Origin: Chromera velia
Lineage: Eukaryota
Assembly: GCA_018398765.1 (NCBI GenBank)
Contig: JAHBMJ010000353.1
Span: forward strand, 1-50,278
Reading direction: 5' to 3'
DNA length: 50,278 bases
Both the position numbers and the translations under genes were made by a program. Every line of letters begins with the position of its first letter. Position 1 is the first letter of the stretch. This document shows, one piece after another, positions 36,884 through 48,753 of the stretch. The notes under the pieces are model-generated. The model saw nothing but the letters and a program-made list of their open reading frames with translations, searched no databases and had not been told where the DNA came from.

Positions 36884-37159
36884 AATAAGAAAAGTTTTAG
36901 AAGGAAAGAATGAAAGAAAGAAAGAACGAAAAGAAGAGAGGAAGGAAGACAGGAAGCCTTAGGAAGGAAGGAAAAACAAGAACAAAAGAAAGAAAGACAG
37001 AAAGAAAGAAAGAAAGAAAGAAAGGAAGGAAGGAAGGAAAGGAAGAACGAAAGAAAGGATTCCGAAAGAACCAACGAGAAAACGAACGATTGATCGATCA
37101 AAACGATCGATCAATCGATCGAAAGGAAGAAAACCTGGCCCAGAAAGAAAGAAAGAAAC

Positions 37160-37200
<41 letters not shown>

Positions 37201-37204
37201 AAAA

Positions 37205-37235
<31 letters not shown>

Positions 37236-37297
37236 GAAGAAAGAAAGAGAGGAAAAGAAAGAAAGAGAGGAAAAGAAGAAAGACAGAGAGAGAGACT

Positions 37298-37340
<43 letters not shown>

Positions 37341-37635
37341 TCTCAGAGAGAGAGAGAGAGAAAGAAAGAAAGAAAGAAACTTCAAAAAAGAAAGAAAGAG
37401 AGGAAAAGAAAAGAGAGAGAGAGAGAGAGAGACTAGGATAGAGAGAGAGAGAAAGAAAAACGTCTTAGAAAGAAAGAAAGAAAGACAGACAAACAGACAG
37501 ACAGAAAAAAAAAAAAAAAAGATAGAAAGCCTTAGGAAAGAAAGGAAAGAACGAACAAAAGAAAGGAAAGAACCAACAAAAGCAAGAAAGGAAGAAACGA
37601 AGAAAGGAAGAAAAAAAGAAAGAAAAAAAAATGAA
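36205..37635. repeat. Long (GAAA)n/(GACA)n/(GA)n purine tract with an internal direct duplication
   Basis: About 1.4 kb low-complexity tract. The block AACGAAAAGAAGAGAGGAAGGAAGACAGGAAGCCTTAGGAAGGAAGGAAAAACAAGAACAAAAG occurs at about 36791 and 36925. Confidence 0.95.
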
Positions 37636-40089
37636 GGCAGTCAAGCGGTCCGTCTGTCAGATAGTCAGGGAGTCAGGGAGACAAGTGTGTCAAGCAGTCA
37701 GGCAGTCACTGACAGACAGTCCGTCAAAAAGTCAGGCAGGATCAGGCAGCTAGGCTGTCTTTCCATTCCTCTTATCAGCCATGTAGTCTGTCTGTATTAT
37801 TTGCAAAAGAAAAGAAGCCTTTGGGAGAATTTTACAGAGAAAGTAGGGGAGAAAGAACTGTTTCACTTTTTTGTCTGCATGTTTATCTGCCACTGCCTGC
37901 CTGCATTTGCCTGACTGTCTGACTGAGTCGAACGGACTGACGTGGATCGTTTCCATGTCGGTGGTGGAAAATTCTTTCAGTGTCTAGTCGCACTCGTACA
38001 CGACGTTTATGAATTCTCTTCCCACAACGAAAAGCCCCTCCTAAAATTCTGTGCCTCCTCTGCCTCCTCTACTCCCGTGAATGCACCCCTCTGTCATAGG
38101 TTAAGGGCCTTGGCACCCTCGTTTGCCCCCTCTCCGGCCGCTGACGGAAGGTGCATGGCGTTTCTCACCATCGGAGGAGCCCTACTGGCGGTGAGTAGAC
38201 AGAGAGAAAAGGGGCCTACATCCGCTTCCCCTTTTCTTAGGTCCAAAATTTTGGTTGTGGACAGTTCTGTCTTGGTCTCCCACTCCTTGCCTTCCTGTGA
38301 ATACCCTCTGTACACACTGCCAGAGGTCTTCCTCTTCACGTCCTCTGCATGCAACTTCCCGCCAGTTCGAAAACTGGGGGAAGATGGACGATGGGGGGGT
38401 TCGCAGTCTTGTTTTGAATGTCTCTTTTTCTGAGGTCTTTCATTTCCTGCTTGTAGAATGGAGGCTGCTGAGCGGCAGGCGAGACTTTGAAGTCATACTG
38501 GGTGTTGCAGGGCCTGCCGTTACGTGTGACATCTTCACAGTCAAACTTGCCACACGCTGCCGCACACTCTCCCACACGTGCGTCGATGCAAAGCGCACAC
38601 TATTTTCCAAACGTGAAGGGTTCTTATTTTATGTCAACGAGTCACAGTGACTGCATGAAAGCTGAACGCTCACTCAGTCTAGCTGACAGCCGTCTCCTGT
38701 GAGCAATGCAAAACAACGCTTTCGAAAGCCTTCGTCCACGCTCGTGCATCCGTCTACTTACATTCGCACCGCAGAACCCACTTTGCCCAATCAATCTTGG
38801 TACTCTGTTGGTCTTGCTTTGGAGAAAAAGGACCTCAGAGGGACGACAGACCTCAAGAGATTGAAGTGTGCTGTGTTGTATTTGGCGTCTTACTACGTTG
38901 TTAGGGTATTGTTGGGGCGTGCACATGCAGCACGCGTGTGATATACACGCACGCTTCATGCATGCGCGTCCATCAAGCGATCGAACATTGCCCTCGAGTC
39001 ATGCCGATGCAGCTATGATAGATGATCGACCGATCATGACGAGCGCGGTTGTGTATTGATATATGGCGACTGTATGGTCGATTTGTTCAATTCAACCTGT
39101 CCTCATACTGTCTTCCACAAAGACTAGATATCGGGGTTGCGAATTGTCCATCAAAGTCGGAATTCTACTGCGAAGCAAGTCAACTGACGAATCAGACCTC
39201 AGACTGATACAATTGAGCTGCGTGTCATTCTGCCATGGTCTCTTGTTTGGTCCCTTGTTGACAGGGGATGTGATGATCTTCTTCTTCAGTTGCGGCGATT
39301 GAAAGCTAAGTCGAACGTCTGGCGGCTTCTTAGAACTTTCGACTGTTGCTTCATGTGAGCTGATCCTTTCGTTTACAATTGCTTTGGAACGAATGCATAA
39401 GGTACTGTGCCTGGAATGCTGCTTTCTAACTCAGAGGCGCTTCTGCAGGTTTTCTTTGCTGCCCTACGTATGGCAGCGTCAAATTTCTGAGTCTATAACC
39501 TCGCTGATTTGTTGCTGCTTCTTTCCTGCAGGTGACTTGTGGTCTTTGCTGCACTCTTGGATACTCACGCGGCTTCCAATTCGGATGGGTGGTTTCCTGC
39601 TTCTTGTCTCTGGGTGGCAGCATAGAGCTGAACTATTCCGTGAGGCATTGGGATACTGGGACTTCCAGTGAGGGCCTTTCGATTCGTCTCTTTGGCATCT
39701 GTTTTTCGAGACCGATCTGTTTGGTCCTCTTGCCTGCATAGACCCCCCTCTTCCGCCGAAGTTCTCTCTTCTAGTCTTTCCTCAGAATGTCTGTTCAATG
39801 ATCTTTGCCCCCCTGTTCTGTTTCGATGATCGTCTCCTTGCGAAAAGAAAGTGCACCGATGAACTCACAGGATTCTACCGCTGACTTGGCAGTCAAAAGT
39901 AGAGGGAAGCTCCTGTTTGTTGGGGTTTCCAGGAGTGATTTCTTTGCAGTGAGTTCTGGAGACAGATATTCTCTGTCCCCTGGTCTCGGTCATCGAGAGG
40001 AAGAGCCCTCTAAAAGACGGACGCAAGCATTGGCAGGGGACGTTCCATGTGACGGTCAGTCCATTAAGATCTTCTCCTTGGCGCTTACA

Positions 40090-40518
40090 GTTTTCTTTCT
40101 TTCTTTCTTTCTGTCTTTTCTGTCTTTTTGTCTTTCTGTCTGTCTTTCTTTCTTTCTTTCTTTATTTATTTATTTATTTATTTAATTATTTATTTATTTC
40201 TTTCTTTTGTTCCTTTCTTTCTTTCGTTCGTTCTTTTTTTTCGTTCGTTCGTTCTTTCTTTCTTTCTTTCTTCCTTTCTTCCTTTCTTCCTTTCTTTCTT
40301 TCTTCCTTTCTTCCTTCCTTCCTTCCTTCCTTTCGTTCGTTCTTTCTTTCTTCCTTTCTTTCTTTCTTTCATTCTTTTTTTCGTTCGTTTGTTCGATCGA
40401 TCGTTCGTTCGTTCGTTCGTTTTTCCTTTCTTTCGTTCTTTCCTTGCTTTCTTTCTTTCTATCTTTCTTTCTTTTGTTCTAGTTTTTTCTTCCTTCCTTC
40501 AAGTTGCCTTTCTGTCTG

Positions 40519-40550
<32 letters not shown>

Positions 40551-40754
40551 TCCTTCCTTCCTTTTTCTTTCTTTTTTCTTTTCTTTCTTTCTTTTATCCT
40601 TTCTTTTTTCGTTCTTCCTTCCTTCCTTCCTTCCTTCCTTTTTCTTTCTTTTTTCTTTTCTTTCTTTCTTTTATCCTTTCTTTTTTCGTTCTTCCTTCCT
40701 TCCTTCCTTCCTTCCCTCCTTCCTTCCTGCCTAGCTTCCTGCCTTCCTTCTTTC

Positions 40755-40793
<39 letters not shown>

Positions 40794-40860
40794 TTCTGCT
40801 TTGCTTCTTTCTTTCTTTTTGCTTTTTTTCCCTCCTTTCTGTCTGTCTTTCTGTCTGGTT
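40090..40860. repeat. Long (CTTT)n/(CCTT)n/(CGTT)n pyrimidine tract, probably intronic
   Basis: Follows a GTCAGT donor-like site at 40055; source of spurious Phe/Ser/Leu ORFs. Confidence 0.95.
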
Positions 40861-41963
40861 GACTTCAGTGTTCTCGTGACTTCCTGTCGAGAAGTGTAGC
40901 GGCAAGAGGAGCTCAGCTCAACAGTTTTCGGCCAGATGTGTGCTTGAAAGAAGAAGCAAGGATTGAATGAATCCTGACTTTCTGAGGAAGACGAAAAAAG
41001 AGGAAGAAAGCCCGACATACCCTTTCTTTCTTCCTTCTCTCCTTCATTCCTTCTTCTTCTGCTTCTTCCTTCTTCTCTCTCTCCAAAATACCTCTCCTAA
41101 GGTATGATACCTAAAAAAAAAATAAATATAATTTAATTACAAACCCTAGGGGTATGTGGCACTCTGTTTAGCTATAACTCTAAAAAGTGGTTTTTTAAGG
41201 TTTTTAGGATGAACTGACCTTATTTTTACGATAACATAACTTTTCAAATTAAATCTTATAACTTTTTATATATAGGAAAGTCAATTCGCCCTCTGAGGTT
41301 CGCAAACGCTCATGACGTCGGTTTACAAACCTAATCCCCCAACCTGACCAAACCTGTCTAAACCTGGTTCTAAATAGCTTTTGCATGAACACAGAGAAGA
41401 TGCAAAGCAAACACAACCTGACATTTTACCAGGAAACATCAGACAAACCGATCATTCAACGAATGTAGGATAAAGTTAAGAACAATGTCATAAAAGCTGT
41501 CTTCATTCTTTCATACTTCAACAAACTAAGTCTTATCCAGAGGTGCAATTTCCTTTTCAAACGCCCAGTCAACTTGCTCCAATTCTCTATCTTCAATTCG
41601 TAAGCCGCCATCAATGTTTAGTGCAGTCAATTATGTGTGTGGTTTCCATGGAGAGGCAGTCAAACAAACAAAGATCGTACCAGGAAAGAAGAGGGGGGAA
41701 AAGGGGCGGGGGCAGGATAAGGAGAATACAGTGGCTACTGTGAATGCTGATGCGAGCGAGGCTGTATGCCCTTCCTGAAATGCTCATGCATAGAGTGTCA
41801 CAGATGTGGTCCTGCCGGCAAAAACGTACAAAATGTACTTTTAACAGATCATTCACATACAGATTTCAGAAGTTTGACCAGGTTTGGACGGGTTTGAAGA
41901 GGTTTGGAAGGTTTAAGTCTGGTGCAACCATGGTTTTCAAACCAATTCTAAACCTGACGTAGC

Positions 41964-43103
41964 CAAAGGTGTTTAGTCACTTGTGATTAGAATATATTTA
42001 ATTATCCCATGAAGTGACTGAATGTGATTGAATAAAGTGATTAATTAGCCAAAGTCCGATTCTTACTAGTCTTTAATACCTTAGGTCATTCTAATGGTGC
42101 GTGGTTTTTTTTTTATGTTATAAAAACAAATGTTTTGGGAGTAGTCTGAAGGCTTGTGCAAACCTATAGAATCGTATACATGCAATTCCTGCGGGACAAC
42201 AGCCAGAAGCAGTAGAGGGACGTCCAATCTTTGGACTCACCTTCGAAGCTGCAAAAAGAAGACAGAAAAAATCAAAAAAGCAATCGCTACCCAGCATCAG
42301 AATGAGCTTAAAAAGAAAATTGTAAAGATGGGAGATAATGCCACTCTGCTTCCTCACGTTGTCTCCACCACCATAGAGGTGCTCCAGTTGAGGTTCAATA
42401 CAAGTCAAGCTCAGGAATTGATCAGTCAGGAAAGCTGAAAGCGTGGGTCACACCGCAAACCAAGCTTCCAATTGAAGATGCTGAAGAAGGAAGTCAGGAA
42501 GCAGGGGGAATCCTTCAGATTAGATGGATGGAAGGGATAGTGAATGGAAAAAACATGGCAACATACCAAGACTGTGACAACCGAGGTTCGTACATCAGCA
42601 TGCGCGAAGTTGCGTGGTGGAAGGTGGAAGCAGGGGGAATCCTTCAGATACAGTAAGGCCTCCTTTTGCTATACAGTGTGTGCTGCAGTGTGCATGCATG
42701 TTTTGGTGTAGTGTGTGCATGTTTATGCAATGAGAACGTGTATGAACTTTCAACCGCGTATTCATATGATATGTCATTTGCTAGTTTAATAAGTTTATAA
42801 ATGGTAAGATTTTATAAAATTCTAGTAACACTGTAACACAGTCTAGTATAGTAACTGTTACACTACTGCCTATTAACAGTGCCTAACAGCTAGATAGCCC
42901 CTGTTTATCTTTTTCAAAACCAATTTTTTATAGTTATAAACTATATTAAAAAAAAATAAAATTAAAAATGTAGCCCGGGGGGCTCCGCCCCCCGGACCCC
43001 CCCTTAATTAATTTAGGAATATATTCCTGAATATATTCCTGATTATATTACTTTTGAAGTGAGTAACTAGTGAATAAATATATTTCATGATTAAACACCT
43101 TTG
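41964..43103 (+). mobile_element. 1140-bp non-autonomous DNA transposon (hAT-like) with a BED zinc-finger remnant
   Basis: TIR CAAAGGTGTTTAGTCA / CAAAGGTGTTTAATCA. Perfect 8-bp TSD GACGTAGC at 41956-41963 and 43104-43111. Internal ORF 42154-42438 has YTCNSCG...GTSNLWTHLRSC. Confidence 0.9.
42154..42438 (+). pseudogene. BED zinc-finger fragment of a transposase
   Basis: CxxC...GTSNLxxHLxxC pattern; no catalytic domain follows. Confidence 0.75.
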
Positions 43104-44998
43104 GACGTAGCAAATGGGTTTTACACTCATCTAAACCTACCCTAACCTACCCTGACCTTAGCCACTCGACCCTATTTTAGCGTTTTTTAAGCTTTTCTAG
43201 CAAATTGAGCTCCAAAATTCTCTTTTAAAACATCAAAAATTTAAGTTTTTATTGAAAAACCTAACTTCAAACCTAGGGTACCCTCACAAAGTGTCAGACC
43301 CTAGTGCCTCTCCCTCTCTTTCTGTCTTTCTTCCTCCTTCAGTACGTATTTTTTCTTCACTTTCCCTCTGTTTTTTTTAAATGTATTTCTTTCTCCCTTT
43401 CTGTCGCTGTCTGTTTGAGTTTCTTTTCTTTGGCTTAGCGTGCATGTCCGATGGTTGATTTCTCCTCCGTGACTCCTTTCTTTGGTGCTTTCTGCTCGTA
43501 GCTTCCTATCTCTGGTTTGTCTCTGACAGTACAGAACAGCACAGGATCTGTGTGTATTTGTGCACTGACTGATTCTCCTTAGTTCCTGCCTCTTTCTGAT
43601 CCTCCTTCCTTGTGTGTTGGTACAGTCTCATAGGTGAGGGCAGTCGTAAATGGATCAAGAGATTCTTTGTTTGTTCGTTCTAGAGCTGGGCAGGTTTTCT
43701 CTCTTTCTCTCTCTTTGTGATCGAGAGCTAGGAAGGTTTTGTGGAAGAGCAAAAAAGGGAACGAGCATGGGAGCCTTCTTGTGACGGTCAGTCATTTGGA
43801 GTCACCGTGCTTCTCCATCTGATAGATTCCTTTTCTTCCTCGGCCTTTCTTCTCTTGTTTGTTCCCTCCTTTTTTTTGTTTCTTTCTTCCTTTGTTTGTT
43901 TGTTTGTTTCTTTTTTGCTGTCTGTCTGTCTTTTTCCCCTCCTTTCTTTCCTTCCCTCCTTTCTTTTGTTCTTACTTTCTTTGTTTGCTATATGTTTGGC
44001 GTGTGTGTGAGAGAGAGAGTGATTGATTCTCTATTTTTGGCCTCTTAAACGTATTTGATCGTTAAGTTCGTTCACATTTTCCCATCCTCTTCCATCGATC
44101 TCTCCGTGTAGTCGTCTACTGACTGTTTTTCCTGGTCTTTGTGCACCTGTCCTTTTGTCTGCATGCAGCGGGCATCTCTTTGGGTGTGAAGGGAGTTGGC
44201 GTGGACGTTGTGTGGCAGCTGAGGACGAGTGGGTTCGTCTTTGAGTTCATCTGCCGACAAAGACCTCTGGATCTTCTAGTATATTCTTGTTTTTTCTTGT
44301 CTCCTTTTGTCTCCTGTTGCCTCTTTTCTGCTTTTTCTTTCTTTGTTTGTTTGGTCTCGCTGTCGTTCTTGTTGTTCGTTTTTTATCCCTTTCCCTGGTG
44401 TCTCCTGCCCGCCCTTTCTCTCCCTTCTTTTCTTTGTCTCACTTTTTCATGACATTTGGATCGCAGGGTTCTTGTCAATGACGTCAATGGTCGGTTAATT
44501 CTCCTTGAGGATCCTAGTGATAGGTCGGTCTGTTTTACTGGGAGACATCGCTACGTGAGGCAACCGGTCAGCTTCTCCGGGGGGGGGACGCCCCCCTCCC
44601 TGGTTCTCTCTCGCCACCGTGCATTTCATTCACCCCCGACTCTCCGTAGGTCTTCTTATATTATAGAAGAGAGTAGTATGACGAGACCTACCAGTATCTA
44701 AATCGGTTCTCACTCGTGAAAAGCAGGAGGACGAGGAGTCCGGCTGCAGGGTTTCTTTTGTTGCGACGTCCCCGACTTTTCCAGGCAATTCACCCGTCTG
44801 TCGCCATCGAAGAAATTGGAGCTGCCTTTCGTCTTCCTTCGGCCCCTGCGTCAGTAGACCGGTTGGAAGGTTGATGTCTTAGGAGACTCCGAAAGTAAGT
44901 GCTCGCGCCGGCCTGAGGGATCTCAGGGAGTACCCGGCGGTGAAAAGCCATACCCTGAGACCGTAGAGAGTCGCTGTGCCTCCTTAGATAAACAGATT

Positions 44999-45045
<47 letters not shown>

Positions 45046-45055
45046 AATATACATA

Positions 45056-45502
45056 NNNNNNNNNNNNNNNNNNNNNNNNNNNNNNNNNNNNNNNNNNNNN
45101 NNNNNNNNNNNNNNNNNNNNNNNNNNNNNNNNNNNNNNNNNNNNNNNNNNNNNNNNNNNNNNNNNNNNNNNNNNNNNNNNNNNNNNNNNNNNNNNNNNNN
45201 NNNNNNNNNNNNNNNNNNNNNNNNNNNNNNNNNNNNNNNNNNNNNNNNNNNNNNNNNNNNNNNNNNNNNNNNNNNNNNNNNNNNNNNNNNNNNNNNNNNN
45301 NNNNNNNNNNNNNNNNNNNNNNNNNNNNNNNNNNNNNNNNNNNNNNNNNNNNNNNNNNNNNNNNNNNNNNNNNNNNNNNNNNNNNNNNNNNNNNNNNNNN
45401 NNNNNNNNNNNNNNNNNNNNNNNNNNNNNNNNNNNNNNNNNNNNNNNNNNNNNNNNNNNNNNNNNNNNNNNNNNNNNNNNNNNNNNNNNNNNNNNNNNNN
45501 NN
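45056..45502. other. Assembly gap (447 N) preceded by (TA)n
   Basis: N run in the sequence. Confidence 1.
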
Positions 45503-45969
45503 GAGAGAGACTGGCAGGTAGACCGTGAGAGAGAGACTGGCAGGTAGACCGTCAGATCTCTTCTTCAGCGAGGGTTTGTTTTCCTGTCTGCGTTCGCGTG
45601 TTCGGCTATCTTCGTGAAGCTTTCCCCTTGTGTGTTTTCGTTATCCTCCGTTGGTTTGTCGGTGTGCGGCAAGAAAGTGCGTACCGGAAATTCTATAAAA
45701 TAATTGACAGGATTCATCGGAAGGAAACTGGAGCAGTGAGAACACTGGCCAGGTGGTGGAGGGAATCTCCCGTGTTGGGTGGCTGCAAGGGATTCTTTGC
45801 CGGTTTCTTCCGGAGACGGGTGCTCTTTCTCCCTCTCGGTGACGGAGGGGGGGCACGTGCTTGGGGGCTTCTTGTGGCGGTCAGTCAGTTGGGCTCAGTC
45901 TTGACTCATCACCACGTGGCATATTCCTCTGCTTTGCTTGCTGCTCCTTTGTCTCTCTCTCTCTCTCTT

Positions 45970-46010
<41 letters not shown>

Positions 46011-46636
46011 GCTTCCCTTCTTTCTCTCGCTGTCTGTCGGGATGTCTAAGATGTTCTGTTTTTGGCTGGGTTTTTGGTTTTGTGTGCTTGGTTAATTGAT
46101 GGTTAAGTTCGTCTGTGGTCTCCTCTGTTCATTTTTGCCGCTGTGTTTCCCCCCTGTATTTGTATACTGAGTGATTCTTCATTGTTCCTGCCTCTCCCTC
46201 TCTCTCCGTTCCCCCATCCGTTTGTGTGCGTGCAGCGAGCACTTTTTCTCATATGAAGATATGTGAAGCCGTCACAGTGGAGGGGGGGGGGAATAGGCGT
46301 GGACTTTCCGTGCCAGCTGATCATGACGAAGACTGGCCTAGAGACTAGCCCAAAATTTGTCACTGCATGGATGCTTCTGCTGACACAGAGCGTTCCTCTG
46401 AATCAGATATAGATTTTCATTGCATTTTCGCCTCGGATACTTTACTTTTCCCCAGGCTGTTCGCTTCAGAAACACTAAAATTTTGACTTGACTGGAAAAA
46501 ACATAAATTCGCAGCTATATGACTATGAGTCTATGACTATACAGTACTACTAGCAGTACTACAATTCGACAAGAAGCGACGAGGAGCGCAGCCTTTAGCA
46601 GCCATTTAAAAAATATTTTAGAAAATGTCTGTTTAA

Positions 46637-48753
46637 CCCTAACATATTGGGGGATAATGGGGGAAAATGGGCCCCCCATGTACCCTATTTCTGAAAAATG
46701 GGCCATATATTTTATGAGGGGTACATAAGTGATATAGAGCTCAAATTTAGTCCAAAAATTAGTTTTAAGCTTCTTCAAATCATATTTGCTGCTTAGAAAG
46801 CCAAAGAATAATTTTGAATACATAAAAAATATATATACAAAAATGGGGGAAAAATTGGGTACCCCATTTTTCAATACCGGGGTTGAATACCCCATTATAC
46901 CCCATTTATACCTTATTTCAAAATTATAGTATTTTTTAATGTTTTTAAAGCCTAAAACAAGCTCTAATAGGTTTTTAAACACTTAAACATGCATTGTTAA
47001 TGTTTCTAAATAACTCTTTGGTCATCTGAACTATCGATAGGCTGCAATTCCAATTCCATCTTCAGGGATGCAAAAAAATCATCCGCAAAATCATAGTCAC
47101 CCCACCATTTTCCATCCGTGAGGCCATCTGTCTTCCCCTCAAACCTGGCCTTACACTCGCTTTCCGCTTCCCCACTAAAAGTAAAAGCTTCCGGTGTTCC
47201 TTCAACATTGGACCAGCGAATCTAAATCTTCGTCTCTTCATGTTTCTGGAAGAATGCCTTTTTTGTGACTGAGCTAACCAGGATAATCCCTGGCCAGTTG
47301 ATAAAGATTAGACATAGACTCTGCCTCACCTGAAGGAAAGTGTCTGGAATCACTTCTCCACACCCGCAAGGTCCTCCTCGGGTGATCTTCAGAACTTTCT
47401 CTAGCTTCCGCTTGTACAGAAAAAGCTGCTGGCGCAGGAGCTCCCACTCAGACTTTGCTCTCCCGCCCTGTTGCAAAGAGTGCCAACAGAGGTCGATCTC
47501 TGCCTCCCGTTTCTGCATGATGCAATGCAAAGATAAATAAACTTAACCCCCCTGACAGCCCAGTAAACTTGAAACGCCACGCTGTAGGCGCGGCCACACT
47601 TGAAACATCTGTCCCGCAGGCGCGGCTTAATTATTTTGAAGGTAGCACGCCGAAGGCGCGGCCAAAATAAAGTACACTTAAAATTTTTTGTGGAAAGCGC
47701 AGACAATCTTGAAAGAATCGTGCCGCAGGCGTGGCTAGCATTGAAAAATCTATTTTAAGACAGATTAGAGTGTCAGAGGGGTTATAAACTTGTAAATAGA
47801 TCTGAAAATTCTGTGAAAGCAAGCCAAAATAGACATGTAGCTTTTTGACTACTTCTTTTGAGGTCTTCTCCAGACTGACGTTAAGGCGCTCATCCTCCGA
47901 CAAGTTTCCCGTCTTTATCTTCCTCAGCTTCTTCAGCTTCTTTTCATCAAGAGGCCGCTCTGCTTTTCCATCTGCATGTATGTAATACATAACAGATACA
48001 TTCAATAAAATTCAATTGTGAAGAAGAAAGCGTATGCAAAGGCTGATTGTAAAACTTAAACGCCGGACAGAGCCAAATGAGACAGCACCGCTGCCACTAC
48101 AGCACTTTAAGACCGGCTAACCTTTCTGTTAAAAAACTGGCACCCCCTACTCAAGGAGTGTCTCCTTCACCAAATATTCGAGCCAGGGGATGTTGTCAAA
48201 GAGATGGCAGCAAAGAGCTATTTTCAATCTCTTGCAGAAGATGACTGATGTGAAGAATTGTGCAGAAACTGTGTATAGTGAGTCAAAACATGTCACATTC
48301 GCTACTATTCTTTAATTAAACTTATATTTCTCTCTATATATATAGTTTAGCAAGGGGAAACATAGTGAAAATAAAAGTTTAAGAGTCAATAAACCTTCTA
48401 ATACCGCTTTAGAAGTTGTTTTGATGTTCTAACATTAAAAAAAGAATAATTCTAGGGTCTTCTATTTTTACCCCATTTCACCCTATTTTGTCCCCATTTT
48501 TTACTTAAGGAAATTTACCTGAAAAATGGGCCTCCCATTTCCCCTCATTTTCCAGTTAACCTTATAATTTTTGAAACATGTGTCAAATAGTATTCTAAGT
48601 TAGTGTTTAAGAGTCTATAAGCCTCAAAGTTTTTGAAACACACCTTTTTTTAGCCTCTGAACATGTTTTTTACCATGAAAAATAGGATTCCGTTTTTCAG
48701 AAATAGGCTATAATAGGCCCTATTTCCCCCATTTATCCCCCAATATGTTAGAG
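46637..48753. mobile_element. 2.1-kb TIR DNA transposon, piggyBac-like left end, with a decayed minus-strand coding region
   Basis: Perfect 19-bp inverted repeat CTAACATATTGGGGGATAA at 46639-46657 and 48733-48751, with similarity continuing inward (CCTATTTCTGAAAAA). Left end TTAA|CCCT; right junction imperfect. AAAATGGG subterminal repeats. Broken ORFs at 47222-48005. Confidence 0.8.

Larger units (their letters stand above)
41097..43304. mobile_element. Degenerate hAT-like TIR element hosting a nested insertion
   Basis: Left CTAAGGTATGATAC vs reverse complement of right CTAGGGTCTGACAC. Flanking 8-mers TACCTCTC (41089-41096) and TGCCTCTC (43305-43312) form a 7/8 TSD. AAACCT/AGGTTT subterminal repeats. 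The pyrimidine-rich host sequence resumes on both sides. Confidence 0.65.

Noticed and set aside
36181..41018. Long Phe/Leu/Ser-rich and Lys/Arg/Glu-rich ORFs
   Set aside because: Translations of (CTTT)n/(GAAA)n microsatellites.
44456..44701. Walker-B-like RLILLED suggesting an AAA ATPase
   Set aside because: No Walker A nearby and the frame is broken.
45004..45528. 174-aa ORF in the ORF track
   Set aside because: Artefact of (TA)n plus the N gap.
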